Notes under the pieces: generated by a model
Told to the model about the DNA's origin: nothing
The model's input: the letters and a program-made list of their open reading frames with translations, nothing else
Databases searched by the model: none
Made by a program: the position numbers and the translations under genes
Assembly (NCBI GenBank): GCA_012516825.1
Contig: JAAYWF010000208.1
Span: forward strand, 1 to 45,509
DNA: 45,509 nt
Reading direction: 5' to 3'
Source: Lentimicrobium sp.
GTDB taxonomy: Bacteria > Bacteroidota > Bacteroidia > Bacteroidales > 4484-276
In this document: piece after piece, positions 20,257 through 34,340 of the stretch
Position numbering within the stretch: the stretch's first letter is position 1
Layout: each line of letters begins with the position of its first letter

Positions 20257-21888
20257 TCTTATCTCTTGTTTTATTCTTTGTACATGACCTCGTCCAAGGG
20301 CTTTTACTTCGCAGCCTAATTCAAAATATCGTTTGATTTTTTCATCCGATAACATACCGAAAGCATCAATTACTGCTATCGGCGCTCCAGCCCAAGATAC
20401 AATATCATCAGGATTTAGGTCAAGGTATTCCGAATGAGGAACTGCAAAAATTAAAGCTTCCACCCCATTTATTGATTTTTTAAGATCTTTTCCAACTCTA
20501 ATATCTTTTAAATGTTCTTGATTGCGGAAAAACCGTTTCCATGATGATTTTGGTGATGGATAAGTATCTTGGTTTTCAAGTTCATACCAATGGTCAACGT
20601 AAGGATCGTGTACACGAATCTCGGCGCCCATTTCGGTAAGTTTTCTTACTACCATTTCGCTGCCGCTATATCGAGTATCGCCCACATCCTGACGATAACT
20701 TGCTCCACAGATCAACACCTGCGATCCTGCAATATATCTTGCCATATTTCTAAGGGCATCACGAACAAGTTGCGCTACATGCAACCCACGAGTATCGTTG
20801 ATATCTATGGCAGTAGGTGTAATTTTGAAAAGTGATTCACCATCTTCAAAGCCAAGAATATGACGATAAGACCAATAGCCTAATCCTCCATCTTTTGGCA
20901 AACAGTAACCACCAATTCCAGGACCTGGGAAAATCATATTGCTATGAGTAGGTCTCATTTTAATAGCATTAATTACTTTAATCAGATCAACGCCATTACG
21001 CTCGGCAAAGATGCTCCATTCGTGCAGATAAGCGAGAATAGTTGCGCGGTATGAGTTTTCGATTATTTTGGTGGTTTCTGATTCTATCGGACGATCCATA
21101 ACGGTAAGCGGGAAATCTTTGGTGTTGATAACTTCATGCAAAAATTTTTCTACTCTTTTGCGCGCTTCGATATCACAGCCACTACACACACGCCAAAAAT
21201 CACGGATGCTCGAGACGTATTCCTTTCCTGGCATTACACGCTCAAAACTGTGAGATAACAAAGGTGTTTCTTTTAAACCTCTTTTAGCAAATGCCTTTTT
21301 AAGAATAGGCCATGCCACAAATTCTGTTGTGCCGGGGGCTACAGTTGTTTCGATTAATACAAGACAATGTGGCATTATCGTTTCACCTATTGTACGCATA
21401 GTTGCTTCAAGGGCGGCCATGTCGGCTTCACCATTACGCATGTTGCCAAGTTCACGTTTTTCGTAATCGCATTGTACATCAACCACTACCACATCAGCCA
21501 ATTTTAATACTTCGCTATTATAGGTAGCTATTAGTGTTTTTTTCTCTTTGACACAACGGGAAATTAAAATATCCACTTCCGGATCTTCTGCTTTTACCGG
21601 TGAAATACCTTGATTGAGTATCGGTATTTTCCAATAACTTCTAACACTTGGCCGCTGACAACCTATTACAAATTTTGAGTCGTTGCCATTTTCATCTTTG
21701 GTATCGGCAATGATAGCTGCCATAACAGCCCCAACAAAACCAACCCCCATTACAACTACTATTTCTTTACCTTCGCTACGAGCTTTATCAGCAAGTACTT
21801 TTATCCGATTAAATTCGGCAGGATATTCATTTTTTTCGGGTAGTGGGAATTGTTGACCATGAGGACTGATTGAGAAATAATTTTCCAT
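20251..21888 (-). CDS. UDP-glucose/GDP-mannose dehydrogenase family protein (long form)
   Basis: 545 aa. Rossmann VVVMGVGFVGAVMAA, catalytic Cys in GIGGYCLPKDG, and a C-terminal UDP-binding domain. About 100 aa longer than typical family members. Confidence 0.7.
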   Translation of the reverse strand: MENYFSISPHGQQFPLPEKNEYPAEFNRIKVLADKARSEGKEIVVVMGVGFVGAVMAAIIADTKDENGNDSKFVIGCQRPSVRSYWKIPILNQGISPVKAEDPEVDILISRCVKEKKTLIATYNSEVLKLADVVVVDVQCDYEKRELGNMRNGEADMAALEATMRTIGETIMPHCLVLIETTVAPGTTEFVAWPILKKAFAKRGLKETPLLSHSFERVMPGKEYVSSIRDFWRVCSGCDIEARKRVEKFLHEVINTKDFPLTVMDRPIESETTKIIENSYRATILAYLHEWSIFAERNGVDLIKVINAIKMRPTHSNMIFPGPGIGGYCLPKDGGLGYWSYRHILGFEDGESLFKITPTAIDINDTRGLHVAQLVRDALRNMARYIAGSQVLICGASYRQDVGDTRYSGSEMVVRKLTEMGAEIRVHDPYVDHWYELENQDTYPSPKSSWKRFFRNQEHLKDIRVGKDLKKSINGVEALIFAVPHSEYLDLNPDDIVSWAGAPIAVIDAFGMLSDEKIKRYFELGCEVKALGRGHVQRIKQEIRG

Positions 21889-21935
21889 GTATCTGATTAT
21901 TTGAAAGTTAAATTATTATATTAAATTAATAAATG

Positions 21936-24395
21936 TTATCGTAATAGAGCATTAGTTTGTTTTTGAATCAATGCAAAAATTTTTGCCATAGTTTTTTCAA
22001 TAGTCTTGTCGGTAAGTGTTTTATGATCATCCTGTAAAAAAAACCCAATGGCATATGATTTTTTCCCCTTTACTATTTTCTCACCCTCATAAACATCAAA
22101 AAGAATTACCTCTTTAAGCAGGTCTTTTTCAGCTTCGAAAGCCAGAGTTTTTAATGTTTCAAATTCAATATTTTGATCAACCACTAAAGCAAGATCTCGC
22201 CTGACCTCCGGAAATTTAGGAATTGGCTTGTATGTTATTTTATGATTTCTCATTTCGTGAATGATATTATCCCAATGCAAGTCGGCCATTATCACCGATT
22301 GCTTTATTTCAAAATAATTTAAAATACGTCTGTTGACAACTCCGAACTCGATTGTTGATTTATCATTCAAAAACATTCTTATTCCGCTTTCAAACAGTTC
22401 GTTTGAAATATTTTCGTTTTTAAATCTTTTTTCATTAAGATTCAGCCTCTTTAAGATATTAAAAACTGTGTTTTTTAGAAAGAAAAAATCGGCTTCATTC
22501 TGTTGTTGATACCAGCTTTCGTTATTTGTTTTACCGGTTATAAAAATGGTGAGATGAGTGTTTTCTTTATATTTTTTAAGAGGGTGCGCTCCCGGTTTAG
22601 TTTTTATGAGTGAATAAACATTTCCGAATTCGAATAGTTTTAAATCGAGATTTTTGTGTTTCAAATTATGGCTTATTACTTCAAATCCGGATGTAACAAG
22701 GCTTTGCCTCATAACGTTGAGGTCGGAGCTAAGCGGGTTTTGAATTTTTACGTTATTTTCTGTTTCGTAAATCAGTAATTTATCAGCATATTCGCTTTTA
22801 GTAAGCGAGTTACACATTATCTCATAATAACCATTTCCCGAAAGGAAATCCGAAATAATGTTTTGCAAATATTCGCGATCAGGTTTTTTAGTATAAGAAA
22901 TAGATGAACGTATTTGAGACGGGATGGCAATGTTGTTGTAACCGTATATTCTCAGAATGTCTTCAATAATATCTGCTTCTCTATCTACATCGGCTTTAAA
23001 TGTAGGTACTTCAACCATAAGTGAATTATCTGTTTCATCAATTATTTCCATTTCGAGCCAAATTAAAATATCTTTAATTGTCTCTCGTGGTATAAACTGG
23101 CCAATTAAACAATCAACGTTTTCATATTTTAGTTCAACTATTTTCTTTTCAATAGGGTTTGGATAAACGTCAACAATATCGGAACTGATTGTTCCGCCGG
23201 CTATTCGTTTTACCATTAATGCAGCAAGTTTTAAAGCATAAATTGTGGCATTAGGATCGGTGCCACGCTCAAAACGAAAGGATGAATCGGTATTTAATCC
23301 GTGATATCGTGCAGTTTTACGGATAGTTTTTGAATCAAAATGGGCGCTTTCAATAAAAATATTCTTCGTTGATTCCGACACACCTGCATATAAACCACCA
23401 AAAACACCAGCCATACACATTCCCTTTTCTTCATCACAAATCATAAGGTCTTCTCCCGAAAGTTCCCGTTTTACTTCATCCAGGGTGGTAAACTTTGTTC
23501 CTTTAGGCTCTTTTTTTACTATGATTTTTTTTCCGGTTATCTTATCAGCATCAAAAAAATGGTTTGGATGACCTGTTTCGTGAAGGATAAAATTACTAAT
23601 GTCAACAAGATTGTTAATTGGCCGCAGTCCAATAGCTTTAAGGCGATTTTTTAACCATTCGGGTGATTCTTTTACCTCAACACCCGTAATGGTAACACCT
23701 GAATATCTTGGACACGCTTTGGCATCTTCGATGATTACTGAAATCGGATAATCGTTGTTATCGGGTCTGAAGGCGCTATCGTTGGGTTTGATAAGTTTTA
23801 TCGGGTCACATTTCTTTTGAAGGTTGAGCGCTGCTGCCAAATCACGAGCTACACCGATATGGGACATGGCATCCGACCTGTTGGGTGTAAGCCCTATTTC
23901 AAAAACGTAATCCTCTTCAACCGAAAAATATTCATTAGCGGGTAAACCAACTTCGGCATCATCGGGTAAAACAACTATTCCCTCATGGGAGTTGCCAAGT
24001 CCAAGTTCATCTTCGGCACAGATCATACCTTCTGAAACTTCGCCGCGAATAGTTGTTTTTTTTATTTCAAATAACTTATCTTTCATGTGAATCATTGTGC
24101 CAACAGTAGCCACTAACACTTTTTGTCCTGCGGCAACATTGGGAGCTCCGCAAACAATTGGCAAAATATTGCCCTGTCCAACCTCTACTGTAGTTATACT
24201 CAACTTGTCGGCGCCTGGATGTTTTTCACAGGTTTTTACTTCGCCAATCACTACCCCTTTCAGGCCTCCTTTTATGCTTTCGAATTTTTCGATACTCTCT
24301 ACTTCAAGACCTGTGTTAGTTAAAATTGGAGCGATTTCTTCAGGGGTTAAATCAATGTTTATATATTCTTTAAGCCAGTTGTAGGAAATTTTCAT
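21936..24395 (-). CDS. pheT: Phenylalanine--tRNA ligase beta subunit
   Basis: 819 aa. The N-terminal MKISYNWLKEYI tRNA-binding domain and the B3_4/B5/FDX-ACB order are typical of bacterial PheT. Confidence 0.93.
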   Translation of the reverse strand: MKISYNWLKEYINIDLTPEEIAPILTNTGLEVESIEKFESIKGGLKGVVIGEVKTCEKHPGADKLSITTVEVGQGNILPIVCGAPNVAAGQKVLVATVGTMIHMKDKLFEIKKTTIRGEVSEGMICAEDELGLGNSHEGIVVLPDDAEVGLPANEYFSVEEDYVFEIGLTPNRSDAMSHIGVARDLAAALNLQKKCDPIKLIKPNDSAFRPDNNDYPISVIIEDAKACPRYSGVTITGVEVKESPEWLKNRLKAIGLRPINNLVDISNFILHETGHPNHFFDADKITGKKIIVKKEPKGTKFTTLDEVKRELSGEDLMICDEEKGMCMAGVFGGLYAGVSESTKNIFIESAHFDSKTIRKTARYHGLNTDSSFRFERGTDPNATIYALKLAALMVKRIAGGTISSDIVDVYPNPIEKKIVELKYENVDCLIGQFIPRETIKDILIWLEMEIIDETDNSLMVEVPTFKADVDREADIIEDILRIYGYNNIAIPSQIRSSISYTKKPDREYLQNIISDFLSGNGYYEIMCNSLTKSEYADKLLIYETENNVKIQNPLSSDLNVMRQSLVTSGFEVISHNLKHKNLDLKLFEFGNVYSLIKTKPGAHPLKKYKENTHLTIFITGKTNNESWYQQQNEADFFFLKNTVFNILKRLNLNEKRFKNENISNELFESGIRMFLNDKSTIEFGVVNRRILNYFEIKQSVIMADLHWDNIIHEMRNHKITYKPIPKFPEVRRDLALVVDQNIEFETLKTLAFEAEKDLLKEVILFDVYEGEKIVKGKKSYAIGFFLQDDHKTLTDKTIEKTMAKIFALIQKQTNALLR

Positions 24396-24493
24396 GAAAA
24401 ATGTTAGATGAATTTAGCCCACAAAAATAAATAATCTATGAATTTCATTAAAACAGGCAGTTTTTAATAGTTCTGATGAAAGGATGATAATAA

Positions 24494-26563
<2,070 letters not shown>

Positions 26564-26583
26564 AATACTGATTTATAGAAAAG

Positions 26584-27651
26584 TTGAAATTGATCATACG
26601 TAGTATTATTGTATTTACCATAATACTTGTTTTCATATTACTCATCTTTCTGCTTTTCTCTACTTTAGATGAGTACAAGCCATCCAACAAAGAGATTTTA
26701 CATCCAGAGACATTTTCTTTTAGCAAAACCTTAAGCGATAGCATCATTAGCTTGATGACGTGGAATATTGGCTATGCTTCGATGGGCAGCGAGACCGATT
26801 TTTTTTATGATGGCGGAAAAATGGTCAGGCCAAATAGAGAACTCCATGAAAAATATCTTGATAGCATTGTTAATTTTTTTCAACCCGAAAAGGCACCAAA
26901 TTTTATTTTATTGCAAGAGGTTGATTATGAGGCAAAGAGATCATATTTTTCAAATGAAAAAGAGGCCTTGCAACGAAGACTGATAGATTATTCTTCTGTT
27001 TTTGCTGTGAATTACAATGTCTTTTTTGTTCCTGTGCCACTATTTAATCCTATGGGAAAAGTTATTGCCGGCATGATCTCGTTTTCTGACATAGAGCCTA
27101 AATCATCTTTTAGAATCGCTTTCGCGGGAAATTACCCTTGGCCGGTAAGGCTTTTTAATCTGAAGAGGTGTTTTATATTGCAACGTTTTAATACTCAAAG
27201 TGGTAAAGAGTTGATTCTGATAAATATTCATAATTCTGCCTTTGATAAAGGTGATTTGCGCAAAATTCAAATAGAAACCCTTCGTCAAGTAGCATTAAAG
27301 GAGTATGGTAAGGGAAATTGGGTAATTATTGGAGGTGATTGGAATATGAATCCACCGGGATTTGATCCGGATAAGATTACCACCGGCGATGAGACTTTTA
27401 CCGTTGAAACAGAAAAAATTCCAAATGATTTTTTACCTAAAGGATGGAAATGGATTTATGATGAAAAGAGGCCTACAAACCGTTCTGTGGTTACAAGCTA
27501 TACTAAAGGAGAAACCCCAACAACTATTATTGATTTCTTTCTTCTTTCACCTAATATTCAATGTCTTAATGTGGAAACTATAAACTTTGCATTCTCTTTT
27601 TCCGACCACAATCCAGTATTTTTAGAAGCGCTGCTTTCCAACTGTCATTAA
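26584..27651 (+). CDS. Membrane-anchored endonuclease/exonuclease/phosphatase (EEP) family protein
   Basis: 355 aa. N-terminal TM helix IIVFTIILVFILLIFLLF. EEP-like motifs TWNIGY, LLQEVD, GGDWNM and FSDHNPV. TTG start as in the track. Confidence 0.7.
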   Translation: MKLIIRSIIVFTIILVFILLIFLLFSTLDEYKPSNKEILHPETFSFSKTLSDSIISLMTWNIGYASMGSETDFFYDGGKMVRPNRELHEKYLDSIVNFFQPEKAPNFILLQEVDYEAKRSYFSNEKEALQRRLIDYSSVFAVNYNVFFVPVPLFNPMGKVIAGMISFSDIEPKSSFRIAFAGNYPWPVRLFNLKRCFILQRFNTQSGKELILINIHNSAFDKGDLRKIQIETLRQVALKEYGKGNWVIIGGDWNMNPPGFDPDKITTGDETFTVETEKIPNDFLPKGWKWIYDEKRPTNRSVVTSYTKGETPTTIIDFFLLSPNIQCLNVETINFAFSFSDHNPVFLEALLSNCH

Positions 27652-27778
27652 TATTTTATCTCAATTAATCAAGAGGTGGCTATTTCAGGCTAAACCATTT
27701 ATTTTATAAGTCTAATCGTAGTATGGTGTTTGTTTGGAACAATTTTTAAAGTGTTGTTCACAACCATTTAATTTGGGT

Positions 27779-29932
27779 TTACTTTCTCGATTCTATCAAA
27801 ATCTCAAGGATTTTAATGCCCGCTTCTGAAATTACTGTTCCAGGACCAAAAACTGCGACAACCCCGGCATCATAAAGATATTGATAATCTTGAGGAGGGA
27901 TTACGCCTCCAACGATAACCATAATATCTTCCCGTCCGGCCTTTTTTAATTCGTTGATTACTTGTGGGACTAATGTTTTATGACCTGCGGCAAGGCTTGA
28001 TATTCCAAGGATATGCACATCATTTTCCACAGCTTGTTTAGCAGCTTCAGCAGGTGTTTGGAACAAAGGCCCTATATCTACGTCAAAGCCAATATCGGCA
28101 TATCCTGTTGAGACTACTTTGGCTCCTCGATCGTGGCCATCCTGTCCCATCTTAGCAACCATGATCCTTGGACGCCGCCCTTCAATTTCGGCAAATTCGT
28201 CAGCTAAACTGCAAGCCTTTTTAAACTTATCATCACCTTTCGATTCTGAAGAATAGATACCAGATATCGAACGTATCACAGCTTTATATCTACCAAAAAC
28301 CTTTTCGCAGGCCATTGAAATCTCTCCGAGTGTAGCTCTCTGTTTGGCAGCTTCAATAGCAAGTTCCAACAAGTTGCCTTCGCCGGTTTCACAGGCTTTG
28401 GTAATTTTAGATAGCGCCGCATCCATCTCTTCCTGATTTCGTTCAGCACGCAATTGTTCAAGCCTTTTTAATTGAGCATTTCTAACCGCTGAATTATCTA
28501 CTTCAAGAGTTTCAATTGGATCCTCTTTTTCGAGTCGGTATTTATTTACACCCACAATTGTATCTTTAAAAGAGTCAATTCGTGCTTGTTTGCGTGCTGC
28601 AGCCTCTTCAATACGCATTTTTGGAACTCCGGTTTCTATTGCCTTTGCCATACCGCCCAACTCTTCGATCTCCTCTATCAGTTTCCATGCACGGTGTGCA
28701 ATTTCATGAGTCAATGTTTCGACATAATAGGAGCCTGCCCATGGATCTACCACTCGACAAACGTTAGTCTCTTCTTGAATGTAAATTTGTGTGTTACGAG
28801 CTATACGTGCCGAAAAGTCAGTTGGCAGGGCAATAGCTTCATCCAAGGCATTTGTATGTAGCGATTGTGTGTGTCCAAGTACTGCTCCCATAGCCTCGAT
28901 ACAGGTACGGGCTACATTGTTAAAAGGGTCTTGTTCGGTAAGGCTCCATCCCGACGTTTGGGAATGAGTACGTAATGCCATGGATTTTGGATTTTTTGGA
29001 TTAAATTGTTTAACAATTTTTGCCCAAAGCATACGCGCTGCCCTCATTTTGGCAATCTCCATAAAATGATTCATTCCAATACCCCAGAAAAAGGAGAGAC
29101 GCGGAGCAAAAGCATCAATATCTAATCCTGACTGTATGCCGGTGCGAAGATATTCAAGTCCATCAGCTAAAGTATAGGCTAATTCGATATCGGCGGTGGC
29201 TCCTGCTTCTTGCATGTGATAACCGCTGATGCTGATAGAGTTGAATTTAGGCATATTCTTAGAAGTATATTTGAAGATATCGGCAATGATACGCATTGAG
29301 GGCAATGGTGGGTAAATATAGGTGTTGCGCACCATAAATTCCTTGAGGATATCATTTTGGATAGTTCCTGTAAGCTGTTCAAGGCGAACGCCTTGCTCCA
29401 GGCCTGCTACTATGTAAAAGGCCATTATTGGTAATACAGCTCCATTCATCGTCATTGAGACCGACATTTTATCCAAAGGGATTTGATCGAAAAGGATTTT
29501 CATGTCAAGTATTGAATCAACGGCAACGCCAGCTTTGCCAACATCGCCCACAACCCTTTCGTGATCCGAATCGTATCCGCGGTGGGTGGCTAAGTCGAAG
29601 GCTATAGAGAGGCCCATCTGCCCTGAAGCCAAGTTACGGCGATAAAAAGCGTTCGACTCTTCAGCCGTAGAAAAACCAGCATACTGCCGAACAGTCCATG
29701 GACGTAAAACATACATGGTAGAATATGGCCCTCTAAGAAATGGAGGAATACCTGCAGCATATTGCAAATGCTCCATTTTGGTGAGATCTGCTTCGGTATA
29801 GACTGGTTTGAGTTTTATCTGTTCGGGTGTCAACCAATTTTTTTCTATATGATTTTCTTTATCCCAATCGGCGCTGCTAAGCTGCGACTTTACAGAGTGT
29901 TTTATATTGATATTTTTGAAATTTGGTTTCAT
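27779..29932 (-). CDS. mutB: Methylmalonyl-CoA mutase large (catalytic, B12-binding) subunit
   Basis: 717 aa. MCM TIM-barrel region plus a C-terminal cobalamin domain with DxHxxG ([11 protein letters not shown]). Confidence 0.93.
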   Translation of the reverse strand: MKPNFKNINIKHSVKSQLSSADWDKENHIEKNWLTPEQIKLKPVYTEADLTKMEHLQYAAGIPPFLRGPYSTMYVLRPWTVRQYAGFSTAEESNAFYRRNLASGQMGLSIAFDLATHRGYDSDHERVVGDVGKAGVAVDSILDMKILFDQIPLDKMSVSMTMNGAVLPIMAFYIVAGLEQGVRLEQLTGTIQNDILKEFMVRNTYIYPPLPSMRIIADIFKYTSKNMPKFNSISISGYHMQEAGATADIELAYTLADGLEYLRTGIQSGLDIDAFAPRLSFFWGIGMNHFMEIAKMRAARMLWAKIVKQFNPKNPKSMALRTHSQTSGWSLTEQDPFNNVARTCIEAMGAVLGHTQSLHTNALDEAIALPTDFSARIARNTQIYIQEETNVCRVVDPWAGSYYVETLTHEIAHRAWKLIEEIEELGGMAKAIETGVPKMRIEEAAARKQARIDSFKDTIVGVNKYRLEKEDPIETLEVDNSAVRNAQLKRLEQLRAERNQEEMDAALSKITKACETGEGNLLELAIEAAKQRATLGEISMACEKVFGRYKAVIRSISGIYSSESKGDDKFKKACSLADEFAEIEGRRPRIMVAKMGQDGHDRGAKVVSTGYADIGFDVDIGPLFQTPAEAAKQAVENDVHILGISSLAAGHKTLVPQVINELKKAGREDIMVIVGGVIPPQDYQYLYDAGVVAVFGPGTVISEAGIKILEILIESRK

Positions 29933-29965
29933 TGTATAAAATGTTAAATCTTTAATAAAATTATA

Positions 29966-31864
29966 TTATGAATTGATACCCAGCATTTTGTTATATTCAA
30001 GCAACGTATCAAGGACATTGGATTTAATATGAATGAAATGCTTTAATCCTTTTGATTTTAACTCTTCGATACTATCTTTAGGATATCCTGCAACCACAAC
30101 AATTGCTTTATGTTTGGTTTTATCGAGGATTTCGGGAGCAATTACGGGGTAATCTTCATCTGCAGAACAAATGACGATGATCTCGGCATCACTTTTTAAT
30201 GCTGCATCAACTCCTTGTTGTATTGTATCGAACCCGTTGTTATCAATAATTTTATAACCTGCACAGCCAAAGAAATTAGCTGAAAACTGCGAACGTGCCC
30301 GCCGCATGGCAAGGTTGCCGTAGGTGAGCATAAAAGCAGTCGGGCGCTTATGACTTAAAGCCCAACGATCGGTGGCTGCCCTCAATTTTTCAAACTCTTC
30401 AGAACCACGGTAAATTTTCAATGGCTCAATAGTCTTTTTGCCACTATCTTCCTCTTTGTTTTTCAATATTTCTGTAATAATTTCCGGATCAAGATGCTCG
30501 GAAAAATTTGGATATTGGTTGGTTCCGACGAATATCTCCTTTCGGTTAGCAATAGCTAAATTACGTTTTTGTGCAGTTTGGGAAATTCGTTCCTGAATAA
30601 ATCCATCTTTTAATGATGCTACAAATCCTCCCCTCTCCATAATTTCTAAAAAGAGTTTCCATGCATTTTCAACAATCGAGTCTGTGAGTGTTTCGATATA
30701 ATAAGAACCGGCTGCGGGATCAATAATTTTATCGAGATACGACTCCTCTTTTAAAAGCAATTGTTGATTTCGGGCAATACGTTCCGAAAAGTCGTTTTGC
30801 TCTGCGAATGTTGAATCAAAAGGTTTTATAAAAAGCGAGTTTGTTCCTCCGATAATAGCCGACATAGCTTCGGTTGTCGTTCTTAGCATATTAACATAAG
30901 GATCGTATATGGTTTTATTCCAATCGCTTGTAATAGTATGGATATAGGTACGAGTAAGCTCAGCATCGGAAGGGCCATAAGCATTTACTATTTTAGCCCA
31001 AAGCAGCCTGGCAGCTCTAATCTTTGCAATTTCCATAAAATAATTGGAGCCTACGCCAAAGTTAAATTTAATCTTTGGCGCTACATTATCAATTGAAACA
31101 CCGAGATCTGTTATTCTTTGTAAGTATTCATTACCATAGGCAAGACCGAAAGCCAACTCTTCGACTGTGGATGAACCGGCATTTTTGAATAAAACAGCAT
31201 CTACTGACAGTACCCTGAAATGAGGTAGATAATGCGAAGCCTTAATGATATCTGAACATGAAGCAAAGTCATCATTTTCCGATTGATAAAAAGCGCCGGT
31301 ACGAAGCAATTTACTGATCGGATCAAAATTGACTGAGCCATTTATTTTTTGAAGATCACGATTATACTTCTTTACTAATTCGATATAAATATCAAGAACT
31401 TTAGGAGCGTGTTTACCACAAATAAAATTTACTTCAACACTCTGGGCATAAATATTTTCCATTAATTTTTCTATCTCCTCAATGCTCGGCTCTTTTTCTT
31501 GTTCAAGCATCCAGCCAACAGAATCTACCCCTTTCATCAGGATGTCGAGAGCTTTTTTGTTGGCATCTTTTATGTTTTTTACTGAGATATCCTGCCGGAT
31601 AAGCCAGTTGTTTTCTTTTTTACGTCCACTTCTTACAAAAGGAAAATCCCCAGGGAAAATGTTCAAATAATTGATCTTTTCAAGGTCTTCTGCACGATAA
31701 TATGGCCTGACATCAAAACCTTCAATGGTTTTCCAAATTAGTCTTCGCACATAATCAGCTCCTTTTAAATCCTTATAAATCATTTGTTCCCATTCTTGGG
31801 TAGAAATAGAAGGAAATTCATCAAACAGTTTTTTCTGTTCTTCTGATGCATTAATGTCAATCAT
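29966..31864 (-). CDS. mutA: Methylmalonyl-CoA mutase small (beta) subunit
   Basis: 632 aa. Paralogous MCM fold (AKIRAARLLWAKIV, DPAAGSYYIE). The C-terminal domain lacks the DxHxxG motif. Located immediately upstream of mutB. Confidence 0.85.
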   Translation of the reverse strand: MIDINASEEQKKLFDEFPSISTQEWEQMIYKDLKGADYVRRLIWKTIEGFDVRPYYRAEDLEKINYLNIFPGDFPFVRSGRKKENNWLIRQDISVKNIKDANKKALDILMKGVDSVGWMLEQEKEPSIEEIEKLMENIYAQSVEVNFICGKHAPKVLDIYIELVKKYNRDLQKINGSVNFDPISKLLRTGAFYQSENDDFASCSDIIKASHYLPHFRVLSVDAVLFKNAGSSTVEELAFGLAYGNEYLQRITDLGVSIDNVAPKIKFNFGVGSNYFMEIAKIRAARLLWAKIVNAYGPSDAELTRTYIHTITSDWNKTIYDPYVNMLRTTTEAMSAIIGGTNSLFIKPFDSTFAEQNDFSERIARNQQLLLKEESYLDKIIDPAAGSYYIETLTDSIVENAWKLFLEIMERGGFVASLKDGFIQERISQTAQKRNLAIANRKEIFVGTNQYPNFSEHLDPEIITEILKNKEEDSGKKTIEPLKIYRGSEEFEKLRAATDRWALSHKRPTAFMLTYGNLAMRRARSQFSANFFGCAGYKIIDNNGFDTIQQGVDAALKSDAEIIVICSADEDYPVIAPEILDKTKHKAIVVVAGYPKDSIEELKSKGLKHFIHIKSNVLDTLLEYNKMLGINS

Positions 31865-32361
31865 TTTTATCTGGTTAAGTTATTTATTATTAATGAATTA
31901 TTCAATATGACAAGTTTTTATAATAAGGTGTGCAAAGTTACGACAAATCATGGATGAAAAGCTAATTATACTCAAGTTGGTAAAGTAAAGTAAGTTAAAA
32001 CCAGATTATTCAATAGAAAATCCTTGTTGGCTCATCTGATTATTTATGAGGTCAATTCCGATTAAGTGTCTTTTTCGTACAATTTTTTTGTAGTAATTAC
32101 TAACTTTTAATATGGATTTATACTTGTTTCTGTCGTTTTGACAGGTGAAAATGTCAGGGTTTGAAATACAGATTTTTTGATTATGATTAAAGTTAACGTG
32201 TTTATAATCAATGATATAATTTTAAAAAAAGGAAATTTAAAAAATTATCATTAAAAGAGCTTGGTGGTTAAACAGCTTCCTAACAGTCTGTGGCATAATG
32301 ATTGACGGAGCAGTGCGCAAATCAAATAGAAATTAAAAATTATAATTAAAGTAATAAACTA

Positions 32362-34275
32362 ATGGGAAAAATAATCGGAATTGATTTAGGTACATCTAAT
32401 TCGTGTGTTTCGGTAATGGAAGGTAACGAGCCTGTTATTATCCCCAATTCGGAAGGACGTAGAACTACCCCTTCCATTGTGGCATTTACCGAAAATGGCG
32501 AACGAAAAGTTGGCGATCCGGCCAAGCGTCAGGCAATCACAAATCCAAAAAACACTGTTTATTCCATCAAGCGTTTCATGGGCGAAACATTTGATAGGGT
32601 GCAGAAAGAGACCGGTCGTGTAACTTATGATGTTGTAAAGGGTGAAAATAATACCCCAAGGGTAAAGATAATGGATAGACAATATACCCCTCAAGAGATA
32701 TCGGCAATGGTTCTTCAGAAGATGAAGAAAACCGCAGAGGATTATCTTGGTACTACTGTTAATGAAGCTGTTATTACTGTTCCTGCCTATTTTAGTGACT
32801 CGCAGCGTCAGGCTACCAAAGAGGCAGGCGAGATCGCAGGTCTTAAGGTGCGGAGGATCATAAATGAGCCTACGGCAGCTTCGTTAGCCTATGGTTTGGA
32901 TAAGAAAAAAGATGACCTCAAAGTAGCAGTATTCGATCTCGGTGGCGGCACATTTGATATTTCTATTCTTGAGTTGGGCGATGGCGTCTTTGAAGTGAAA
33001 GCAACAAATGGCGACACACACCTTGGCGGAGATGATTTTGATCATGAGATAATTGATTGGTTAGCCTCTGAGTTTAAGGCCGATTTTAATATTGACCTTA
33101 AAAAAGACCCAATGGCTATGCAGCGCTTAAAAGAAGCTGCTGAAAAAGCAAAAATAGAGTTGTCAAGCTCAAGCGAAACGGAGATTAATCTGCCTTATAT
33201 TATGCCGGTTGACGGTATTCCGCAGCATCTTGTGAAAAAACTCACACGTGCAAAGTTTGAGCAAATCACTGAGAAGCTTACCAAAGCAACCATAGAGCCT
33301 TGTCGTAAGGCATTGGCTGATGCAGGAATAAAGGCCTCCGACATTGATGAGGTAATCTTGGTTGGCGGATCAACACGAATACCTGCTATCCAGCGGGTTG
33401 TAAAGGAATTTTTTGGTAAAGAACCCTCCAAAGGAGTAAATCCGGACGAAGTAGTAGCTATTGGAGCAGCTATTCAGGGAGGGGTACTTTCCGGTGATGT
33501 AAAAGATGTGCTGTTGCTCGACGTAACCCCGTTGACGTTAGGTATTGAAACCTTAGGCGGTGTGATGACAAAACTAATTGATGCCAACACAACTATCCCT
33601 ACCCGAAAATCAGAAGTCTTCTCCACAGCTTCTGACAATCAGCCATCGGTTGAAATACATGTATTGCAAGGAGAGAGGTCAATGGCAAGAGATAACAAAA
33701 CAATTGGAAGGTTTCATCTCGACGGGATACCACCGGCAATGAGAGGAATACCTAAAATTGAAGTTACTTTTGATATTGATGCTAACGGAATACTTAATGT
33801 GTCGGCTAAAGATCAGGGTACAGGAAAATCGCAAAGTATCAGAATAGAAGCCTCCTCAGGCCTGACGGATGAAGAGATTAAAAGGATGAAAGCCGAAGCT
33901 CAGGCCAACGCCGAAGCTGATAAGAAAGCAAAAGAACGTGTGGATAAATTGAATCATGCCGACTCCTTAATTTTTCAAACCGAAAAACAGTTGAAAGAGT
34001 ATGGAGATAAAATCCCCGCTGACAAGAAAAAGGTTATTGAAGATGCTATTACCGAGCTTAAAGATGCCCATAAACGTGAGGACCTGGATGCAATTGACAG
34101 AGCAAGCAAAGCATTGAACGACGCTTTTCAGGCTGCAAGCCAGGATATATATAATGCCACGCAGCAGCAAGGCGGAGAGCAGGCAGGTCAACAAAGTGAA
34201 GGAGCGGCAGGCGGTGATCATTCCGGAAGCACAGATCAAGATGTAACAGACGTTGACTTTGAAGAAGTGAAGTAA
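32362..34275 (+). CDS. dnaK: Molecular chaperone DnaK (Hsp70)
   Basis: 637 aa. [17 protein letters not shown] and [11 protein letters not shown] signatures. Confidence 0.98.
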   Translation: MGKIIGIDLGTSNSCVSVMEGNEPVIIPNSEGRRTTPSIVAFTENGERKVGDPAKRQAITNPKNTVYSIKRFMGETFDRVQKETGRVTYDVVKGENNTPRVKIMDRQYTPQEISAMVLQKMKKTAEDYLGTTVNEAVITVPAYFSDSQRQATKEAGEIAGLKVRRIINEPTAASLAYGLDKKKDDLKVAVFDLGGGTFDISILELGDGVFEVKATNGDTHLGGDDFDHEIIDWLASEFKADFNIDLKKDPMAMQRLKEAAEKAKIELSSSSETEINLPYIMPVDGIPQHLVKKLTRAKFEQITEKLTKATIEPCRKALADAGIKASDIDEVILVGGSTRIPAIQRVVKEFFGKEPSKGVNPDEVVAIGAAIQGGVLSGDVKDVLLLDVTPLTLGIETLGGVMTKLIDANTTIPTRKSEVFSTASDNQPSVEIHVLQGERSMARDNKTIGRFHLDGIPPAMRGIPKIEVTFDIDANGILNVSAKDQGTGKSQSIRIEASSGLTDEEIKRMKAEAQANAEADKKAKERVDKLNHADSLIFQTEKQLKEYGDKIPADKKKVIEDAITELKDAHKREDLDAIDRASKALNDAFQAASQDIYNATQQQGGEQAGQQSEGAAGGDHSGSTDQDVTDVDFEEVK

Positions 34276-34307
34276 AGACAATCAAAAATATTCAACTTAC
34301 GAGTAAA

Positions 34308-34340
34308 TAGCGGTAAAACATTTTCTTACCGCTATTTTTG
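34308..34340 (+). terminator. Intrinsic terminator after dnaK
   Basis: Stem TAGCGGTAA / TTACCGCTA (9 bp) with a 9-nt loop, followed by TTTTTG. Confidence 0.7.

Noticed and set aside
31865-32361. CIRCE/HrcA operator upstream of dnaK.
   Set aside because: The TTAGCACTC-N9-GAGTGCTAA consensus is absent.
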